Shown here: piece by piece, positions 54,739 through 64,000 of the stretch
Numbering within the stretch: position 1 is the stretch's first letter
Layout of the letters: each line of letters begins with the position of its first letter
Source: Eledone cirrhosa
Taxonomy: Eukaryota
Direction of reading: 5' to 3'
NCBI GenBank assembly: GCA_964016885.1
Contig: OZ024743.1
Coordinates: forward strand, 374,418,001 to 374,482,000
Length of the DNA: 64,000 nucleotides
The notes under the pieces: model-generated
Databases searched by the model: none
What the model saw: only the letters and a program-made list of their open reading frames with translations
Told to the model about the DNA's origin: nothing
Made by a program: the position numbers and the translations under genes

Positions 54739-55007
54739 AATATTAAAAAAACTCAGATTACATTTATTGTATTCAGCCATGTAGAGCGAAACAAATTTAT
54801 TTATATATATGAACATTGTCGAAAACTTGACGGAAAATTCTTTGTCATTGTTTCAGTTGGGCGAGTGTGTGAATGTGATTACCACACACTGGTTCTTTCT
54901 TAGCTGCAAAACTCTCGATTCTATCTATCAACATTGGCAAATATCACTATGTGTGTATGTGTTTGTGTGTATAGACATATATGTATTTATATGTATAAAT
55001 ACATTCA

Positions 55008-55064
<57 letters not shown>

Positions 55065-55097
55065 CCTACATACATATATATATACTTGCATACATAC

Positions 55098-55600
55098 ATG
55101 ATGGCTGCCCCCTCGTTATCGAGTATGGCCTTTGCACGATATACCATTATTAATAATTATTAATTAATTCTATCGTGTAATGCCTGTGCGTGAAGATATT
55201 TTTAAAGTGAGGAAAGACTATGCACTGAGCCAATCCCACTCTCTGAGCGACAGTAGCTATAACCCGAAAAGAAGAAAACATCAACATCATCGGTAACTAC
55301 TGAGCCGCAGGTTTTATATCAGAGTTATCCCAGTTTCCTGAGTTGCCTTATCCGAGAAGAATGCCCTGACAAAGGCTAGGGGTCCTTCACTCCCAGTGGT
55401 TTAACCACGCGGTACATGTGTATATACATATTTACACAATTTCGGATGGCCATTGACTCTTATGAGTTCTTCCGCTCTTTCTCAGGTTTTGTTTTTTGTC
55501 CTGCAGGGTGCCCCAAATCACCCTCCTCACCAAGTAAAGTTGGTGGGGTTGCCGGTTTAGTCGCCGACGACCTGACCATGGGACAGGTTGTACTTGGTTA
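55098..55600 (-). mobile_element. Non-autonomous RTE-derived element(s)
   Basis: 55098-55410 matches 40062-40370; 55440-55600 matches 27222-27380. Confidence 0.6.
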
Positions 55601-56313
55601 CATGTTACCAGTATCACTCAAGAGTGACCCGTCAGATACATACATACATACATATGTATGGATATATGAATATATGATACGAATAAAATTTCTACAAAAA
55701 TACCTCGGCTATCATTCTTATTGGAGCAAACAAATAACTACTCTAATATTAGGTAGCTCAATCTTCCATTTATACAGAATACTACATAAAAGAACACATT
55801 TGGTTATTTGAAGTGAGACAAAGATACACTTAACTAAATATATGGAGACATTGAAAATACATTGAAAATACATTTAACTTCATATAATGAAACATTGAAA
55901 CATTCCCATTTTTAGAATCCATCCGTTGCATTCATCATTTACAAGCCATTAGCATGCCACGTATTTTTTCTATCCCGAGCAGACACCCAGTTATGCTATA
56001 CATAACACTTTTACTGTTTAGTTGGAATGTATTGTGACTAACAATTTTGTTTTTAACTTCACTTATTTTCGTTTATTTATTTATTTATTTTTTTTCATTT
56101 GAGTAAATAAACCACATCAGTTTAATAAATAGATTTATTCGTACTTTATATCTTATGACATGTCATTGTCTTAGTTTATTTACCTTTGTGTCTCGAAGAA
56201 ACTGAACAGCTAACGGTATTATTTACGAAAGTTAACTACGATGGACTAGAATAGTTTTAAGAGCAACATTTATCAGGTTTCAACTGAATGAGATGAATTT
56301 AAGTTTTCGTTCT

Positions 56314-56515
<202 letters not shown>

Positions 56516-56543
56516 TTATATATATATATATATATATAATCCA

Positions 56544-56578
<35 letters not shown>

Positions 56579-56583
56579 ATCCA

Positions 56584-56628
<45 letters not shown>

Positions 56629-56630
56629 CC

Positions 56631-56696
<66 letters not shown>

Positions 56697-56699
<3 letters not shown>

Positions 56700-56974
56700 A
56701 TACAAAGATCGGAATTAAGAGTATTCCGCAGTTCACAGTAATAATAATATTTTATCGACCCCGTAAGGATGAAAGGCAAAGTCAACCTCGGCGGGATTTG
56801 AACTCAGATCGTAAAGGGACGTAACTATGCTGGAAAGCATAGCGTCCGACCCTCTACCGATACTGCCAATCCACCGCCCTATATACATATATATAATAAT
56901 ATTAACTCTTTGAGCTAATATTATTATTATTATTATTACTGTGAACTGCGGAATACTCTTAATTCCGATCTTTG

Positions 56975-56978
<4 letters not shown>
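56697..56978. repeat. ~50-bp inverted repeat enclosing a minus-strand SINE (about 56750-56880)
   Basis: TACAAAGATCGGAATTAAGAGTATTCCGCAGTTCACAGTAATAATAATA and its reverse complement. The flanking microsatellites are mirrored. Confidence 0.85.
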
Positions 56979-57054
<76 letters not shown>

Positions 57055-57400
57055 AATGAAAGGTATAGAAATTGTTTTAGCGAGAAGCTAACAGTATTTC
57101 ATAACATATATGCGACTATGTCGTCAAGATGGGAAAAATAGTTAACGTAAGATGTAGGAAAAATAATTCAAACTCATCTCAAAAGAGAGTCAGGATACAA
57201 ATTCATCCACAGAATTTAGTGAAATCCAGGGAAAAATCAATAGACCCTTAACTCATGATAAAATAAAGTTTAAAATACCTATCCCTCAATTTGGAAAAAC
57301 ATCAAATGCTCTGTATAGTCTTAAAGACTATTTCATGAAAACTTTCAGTGGAGATGGTCACGGTTGGAATTCATCATCAGCAGAGCTCAACAGATAACCA
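57055..57400 (-). mobile_element. Second copy of the 16645-16990 element; hammerhead at 57308-57386
   Basis: Reverse complement alignment by eye; core and stems are retained. Confidence 0.78.
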
Positions 57401-58321
57401 GGGCTCTCACAGAATTATAAGCCAAAAAGGGAATTCTAAAACTGGCTAGTTCACCATCATGCGTGATTATGAAAAACGCATATGAGGAAAAACAGGGCTA
57501 GTGACGTTAGGATGAAAATGAATGTTTGTTTACAAGAAATAACAGTCAAATACATTCCGAAAAAAACTCTACAAAAGGAGTTCAGCAAACAGCAATACTA
57601 TCGCAGTTTTTATAAAAAAACCGGGATTAGTCACAGATAATTTAAGCACTCAAGGAGGGGGGTGAAGTGTTTGTGCGCGTGTAAACATCCGGTTGATTTT
57701 CGAAGCGTTTATCACTCTAATCCAGATAACTATAATAATAAGTGATTACTATAAACAATAGTTGAAATAATCGGATAATGTTCCCCAGGAAACGGAAACT
57801 GATGATCAAAGTCGTTCCACTCGTGACCATTCCCTCTGTTTTAGACACAGTCAGAGAACAGTATGCAATGCGTCATTCCTATTTTTAAGACTAAAGGAAG
57901 ATCGTTGGTGCTATTTCTAGCAGGACTAGTCACTTATTGGTTGGTTCGTTGGTGTCACATCGATTAACTTAGAAATTTTAAGATCGATAAATCTTGCTTA
58001 ACTAGTTTATCAAGCTTTACTGAATAAAAGGAAGATCAATGTTACAGTAACTCTCCCTTTTACTCTCCTTAATTTCATTCTAACCAATCTTTTCTTCTCT
58101 CTTTCTCAATTTCTCTGTATCTTTCTCTCTTCTCTTTCTTCTCGCTTTTCTATTTCTTTCTATGCCTCTTCTCTCTCCGCCTTCTCTCACTACCACACAC
58201 CCTCATTCTCTACCTTTTCTATCTCTCTCTTCTCTTTCTCTCACTACAACCCCTATCTCTCTCTCTCTGTTTTCCTTCTCTCACTATCACACACTCTCGT
58301 TCTCTATTTCTCACTATCCTC

Positions 58322-58363
<42 letters not shown>

Positions 58364-59189
58364 CTCCTTCTCTCACTACTCCCTCTTCTTCTCTTTAATG
58401 CTGGAGCCAACGAAATATTAAAGGTAAATCAACCAACATATCGAAGATAAAAATAACTTACAAAGAAAGCAATAAATTAAAATAAAATAAAATAATATAA
58501 TATAAAATAAAATAAAAGCCAATAACATGAATAATTTAAATAAATAAATCTTGGTACAGTCAATAAGTTAGGAACTTAGTATTGACGTATTTACTTACTA
58601 ATACCTGGAAGGTTCAAATCTGGAATCTTCTTTTGAGAAAGTTCAATGCGAAAGTTTTCGAGTTTTGCCAAAATAACGCCTGACTTAGTACTAGAAAACT
58701 GAAAATCTCTTTACCTCCTTTTCGACTGTAGGCTGTTTAATTTTATTACTGCTCATATTAATGTAGTTTCTAGAGGGGTGGTGGTGGACTGGCAGAATTA
58801 GTAGAGCGTTGGATAAAAGGCAGTTGTGTTATTTGTTCTGGCTCTCAACTTTGACCGTTTCCCAAAATTTGCTGGCCTTGTGCCTAAATTAAAAATCAAT
58901 AATAATGTAGCCTTTACGTCGATGTTGCTATTAGAAAGAAACCAATAAAAAAAAAATGGCAAGTCAAATATTTGCTTCCGGGAAAATTTCACCCTTAAGG
59001 AGTGGTTAATTCTTCTCCTCAAATATCTTTCTTCAGAAATGTTGCTTAATCGATAGAAGGATTATCGTATTAACAGTTTCATAAGAATAGCCTTTCCTAT
59101 TGTTGAACAACCCTCCTTTTGTGTGAGCTCACACGGGTCAATAGTTATTTGGTTCTGGTTATAACATACAAATTACTTTCTTGTACATA

Positions 59190-59234
<45 letters not shown>

Positions 59235-60254
59235 TACACTCTATCTATATATTTACGCATGTGTATAAAAGTCTTCTTTAGTGTACAGAATAATATAGTA
59301 ATAATGTACATTTTTTAGAAGAATAACAAAACATTGTTTATCACTTGGTTCACAAAATATAATAAAACATTGCTTATACTTTGAATCTAGCGTTTTCGTC
59401 TCTCATGTGACTGATCAAGATATACATTTAGTTATCAATAGGGTTATTAAACCCGGAGTTCCTAGTATTTTTGCACCTCCATTTCTAGTCGGTATTTGAA
59501 TATTTATAAAAAGGGAATATTTTGAATTTGGTGTTCACGCACATTTCGAAATGATCGCTTGGTGGGGTTTTCATTAGTTTTGGTTTTCGTATCTGTTATT
59601 CGCGTGAACTCTGACTCGTTTACGCAAAGAGTTACTCAATCTGGCGGATATAATTCTCTTTACAACAGAGACAGACAATTCAATACACCAGATTTTCTGT
59701 TTTGCAGTTCATTTCTGCATTGGAATGTAAAATAAGAAAATATTTAAAAAAAACCAGAAAAGGAAGGGAAGGGGTGGCGGGGTGATTGGGCTCTGGGTTT
59801 AGGGCGCGGCGGTAATGGGGCTGCACCCCACGGACAAGACCGCAAAAGCATTCCCGCGGACTATGGCCAGCGATCTCCTCCCACACACACACTTTATGGG
59901 GCTCCTTCCTCAGACGGGCCGCCGACGCTCCGGTCTTGCGAAGGAGCTCGGCAATGGGGTGAAGTTCCAAGTACACCTGAGGTCTCGACATGATCCGTTT
60001 TTTAATTCTATTTCAGAAACAATTTTCAAAGACATCATTACCGGCATCTTTCATGCCTGCTATCACAACAAATATTAACGGAAAATTGTATATTATTTTT
60101 GGATGTAAACTTTTCCCTCTCGGGGTGTTTTTTGGGTACTTTCGTTGGCGTTTGCTGTTGATAACTGAGGTTTCACTAAAACGTTCAGATTTGAACTTTG
60201 GAACAGAATTGGCTGGTTTGCCATAATAGAGGCAAATGTGTTTCATAGCCATCG

Positions 60255-60410
60255 ATCGTAATTGTTGACAGCCGGAATATCTTACATAACTCTACTCACC
60301 ACCATCGACACGGAGTTGCCTACCCGCAGGTGTGAGCCTTGTCAGCTGGAATGGCTCTTCCAACGCATCTCCCTCACCATCCTGTGTGCAATCCCATTTC
60401 CACATAATAG
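60255..60410 (+). pseudogene. Possible decayed C-terminus of a CRE-clade non-LTR element
   Basis: WLFQRISLTIL resembles the FLFQR(I/L)S.A.QRGN terminal motif. Nothing else is recognisable. Confidence 0.3.
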
Positions 60411-60466
60411 TGAGAGATGGGGAGAGCGAGAGAGACGGAGGCGGTGAGTGAGAAAACATCAACACA

Positions 60467-60525
<59 letters not shown>

Positions 60526-60537
60526 CTATATATGCTA

Positions 60538-60850
60538 GGGGATTGGCTGTATCGGTAAAGCGTCAGACACCGTTTATTTGCAAAATAGAGTTATGGACCT
60601 TTACGTTATGAGTTCAACTTTGCCTTTCATCCTTCCGGGGTCGATAAAATAAAGCACCAGTAATACATTGGGGTAATTGCTGGCCTTGTTCCAAAAAGTA
60701 GAAACAATTATTATTATATGGCCTTTTGCATTCTGAGTTCAAATGCAACCGAGGTTAACTTTGCCTTTCATCCTTCCGGGGTCGATAAAATAAAGTACCA
60801 GTAATACACTGGGATAATCGCTGGCCTTGTGCAAAAAGTAGAAACTTTAT
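60538..60850 (+). mobile_element. Two tandem SINE copies
   Basis: GCCTTTCATCCTTCCGGGGTCGATAAAATAAAG at ~60622 and ~60763. Confidence 0.8.
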
Positions 60851-61112
60851 TATATATATATATATCCATGTATGATTTATATATATATATACATAAATCA
60901 TACATGTGTATATTCAATATATATATATATAATTATATGTGCCCCCCCCCCCACACATATATTATATAAAATACTATATACGCATAATCTTCAATTACAC
61001 CCATTACATTTAATAACATAAATTCAATTTCTTTATGCACGGATCTAATAATTCTTTACGATAAATCTTTCTCCTGGTTTAAATTCATATGCTACGCTTT
61101 AAAGTTAATTTC

Positions 61113-61220
61113 TTTACCCTCCCAGTTTTCTTTAATGTGTTTTTACCCTCCCAGTTTTCTTTAATGTGTTTTTACCCTCCCAGTTTTCTTTAATGTGTTT
61201 TTACCCTCCCAGTTTTCTTT
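61113..61220. repeat. 29-bp tandem repeat, about 3.7 copies
   Basis: ACCCTCCCAG at 61116, 61145, 61174 and 61203. Confidence 0.9.
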
Positions 61221-62055
61221 AGAGTACCTTTACTCTTCGCAGTTTTGTTTCTTTTATTTTTCCGGTGTTTATATAATTATTATAAGTACTAATCAAATAT
61301 ATAATCGTATACTTGAAATCATTGTTTTTTTTTATTATTATATATTGAAATATGTTACATATTTTCTTGATGCAAATTAGGCTGCTCTTAATCCCAGATT
61401 CATTGGCGTCAACCGACTGTCCATTGCAGGGTTAACCCACAGTTGTTGATGGGAGCAACGTTTTTTCAGCTGAATGAAGACAGGAGCAATGTAAAACGAA
61501 GACTATTGCATTGCACCATGTCATAATGCAGCACACTCTCCTGGAATCTCAATAATATTAACCACTAGGTCAAACACATAACCATTTACTAATTTTTATG
61601 GAACCGATACCTTTTGATTGTTATTTAAAAAAAACAGTTTGCGCACAATTTAATCGCTTCTTTTTTTAAAACATTTACTCCGTAGCTTATTAGACTGCGT
61701 GTGTTGGTATTACCAAAGAAGTAGCATCGAAAGAATAGAGAGTTTTCACCTGACACTAACACCTTACACAAACGCATGGAAATACACTGATCAATAGCAC
61801 CTTACTTCTGTTACTATTGATTTTTCAGGGATCAAGTACGGTCGCCTCTGGAACGAATCGATACAAGTACTCGATCTCACTACGATGTTCTGGGCAAGCA
61901 TGGTATTGACAGTGAGATAGGAAAAGAGGCTCTAAGAAAAGAAGTCATACGAAAAAGGCAAGGAATCAACACAAGAAAAATATAAAAAATATACATGATT
62001 GAATTACAAAAGGAAATCTTTCTGTGTGAAGTGAATGAAATCCCATTTGATTTCC

Positions 62056-62109
<54 letters not shown>

Positions 62110-62196
62110 CAAGTAAAGAAAAGTTGGTTGATCAAATAATCCACCGCCTGTAGTTGCAAACAGACATAAAGCACTCTACATATGTATATATGTAGG

Positions 62197-62236
<40 letters not shown>

Positions 62237-62239
<3 letters not shown>

Positions 62240-62425
62240 AGAAAGTATGACCCCGACGACAGAGCTCAAGCCGTTTCGACGACTATTTCTGGACTATTTA
62301 GTCGAAACGGCTTGAGCTCTGCCGTCGAGGTCATACTTTCTCCTATTACCCACTCTACTACCCTAAGTATTGAGTACTCTGGTGCGTTATGGTCCATCTG
62401 GTTCCTTACCACTCCTCCTTCGTTA
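62237..62425 (+). mobile_element. Miniature fold-back element (25144 family), flanked by ~90-bp direct repeats at 62106 and 62449
   Basis: Arms at 62235-62281 and 62300-62346; tail stem-loop at 62352-62375. Confidence 0.8.
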
Positions 62426-62554
62426 TATATATATATATAGATATATTATAGTTCAAGTAAAGAATAGTTGGTTGATCAAATAATCTACCCACTGTAGTTG
62501 CAGACAGACATAAAGCACTCTAGATATGTATATATGTAGGTAATATATGTATAT

Positions 62555-62641
<87 letters not shown>

Positions 62642-62764
62642 TGCATATATGTATCTATAATTATATATATAATAATATATGTATATATAAACCTATTTAT
62701 ATATATGTACAAATATACATGTATATACTCGTATATATGTATGCATGTATATATATGTATTTAC

Positions 62765-63310
62765 GTATATTTGAATACTGTTGTCCACTGTGGTCTCCTC
62801 CCACGATACAAATTGAAGCCCCTCAGATTTCAATTACAAAAGAGGACAGTCGGCATGATAGATCTTCACTATTAGAGTCGACCAGAAAAATTCAAACTCT
62901 ACTCCTTCCGTCAGCGCCACATCATTTGTATGACGTGGAAACTATTCCAGCGGCATTGCCCAAATGATGTTGGTATCAATTTTAAAATCCACCTAAGGCT
63001 TGGTTCCCGTACTATCGGCCCACTTCAAAACTCAAACTCGCATCTCATAACAACATTGCGGCACAACTATTTCACCTCAACTGGTCCCGCTCTCTTTAAT
63101 ATCATACCAAAATTCATCAAAACAGAAACAAATCAGATAAAATTCAAAAGGTCCCTGGACAAATCCCTCCAAGAAATCCTGAATAAATCCCGTTTACCCA
63201 GATGGGCCATGGTGCCAAATATTTGACTGGTGAGTGAATCATGATCAGAAGGACTTCACCAGATGGTGCCATAATTTTACACATGGACTGGGTCAATACT
63301 CGCCGAAATT
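62765..63310 (+). pseudogene. Decayed 3' end of a CR1/Jockey-group LINE
   Basis: [10 protein letters not shown]...GP.LFN.IP and FKRSLDK in shifting frames. Confidence 0.7.
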
Positions 63311-63443
63311 TATCAAATTACCATAGTTATCAAAGTGTATATATATATTTATATTTATACATATGTATACTTATATTTATATAAAAGCATGTATGCATAT
63401 ATATATATAAAAGCATGTATGCATATATATATATATATACATA

Positions 63444-63512
<69 letters not shown>

Positions 63513-63579
63513 GTATATATATGTATATATATATTTATATATATATATATACATATATATATGTATATATATATATATT

Positions 63580-63719
63580 CAGAACTTCCTGAAGATTTAA
63601 TCTGAATGAAACAGTACTAGTCCTGTAGAAGCTCCTTCTATAAAATAAAAACATTTTACTCTGCCATGTATTGAGTACCTTACTTACTGTGGTTATCCCC
63701 GACTCAACCCGGGACCTAC

Positions 63720-63720
<1 letters not shown>
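63580..63720 (+). mobile_element. PLE-type 3' fragment with hammerhead-like motif and tail
   Basis: CTGAAGA..GAAAC-AGTACTA-GTC; tail stem-loop at 63658-63676; (TA)n flanks. Confidence 0.65.
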
Positions 63721-63774
<54 letters not shown>

Positions 63775-63889
63775 TATATATATATGTGTATATATATATA
63801 TATATACACACATATATATATATACACACACACACATATATATACATATATATACATATATATATATATACACACATATATACATATAC

Positions 63890-63943
<54 letters not shown>

Positions 63944-63956
63944 GTATATATGTGTG

Positions 63957-64000
<44 letters not shown>

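Noticed and set aside
59384-59422. Hammerhead-like remnant on the minus strand (TTGATCA..GTC/GAC..GAAA)
   Set aside because: Two core mismatches and no stem III; too degenerate to call.

Overview
Repeat-saturated, AT-rich eukaryotic (animal) DNA. I could not identify any host protein-coding gene. The SINE and retroelement content suggests a cephalopod or other mollusc, but this is inference only. Most of the window is retroelements sorted by microsatellite type. (1) A head-to-tail array of 5'-truncated R4/Dong-clade non-LTR elements (RT + CCHC + restriction-like endonuclease) sits inside (TAA)n at 1-7181, with a 2781-bp higher-order unit. (2) A second R4-clade lineage sits in (CATA)n. (3) Many Penelope-like elements (PLEs; RT + C-terminal GIY-YIG) and their miniature fold-back derivatives sit in (TA)n and carry about ten different hammerhead-ribozyme motifs, several with a non-canonical core. 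Also present are tRNA-derived SINEs, RTE-derived non-autonomous elements, Tx1/L1 and CR1-like fragments, MITEs and a 2.3-kb 12-bp minisatellite. The most novel signal is a covarying bulged stem-loop (RCTC-stem-loop-stem-1/2-nt bulge-GAGY), seen in 12 places at the start of the 3' tails of otherwise unrelated (TA)n-inserted PLE families. In most fold-back copies it lies a few nt from the point where the inverted arm begins, so it is a candidate RT-positioning or template-boundary RNA element. All coordinates and pairings were read by eye and are approximate.
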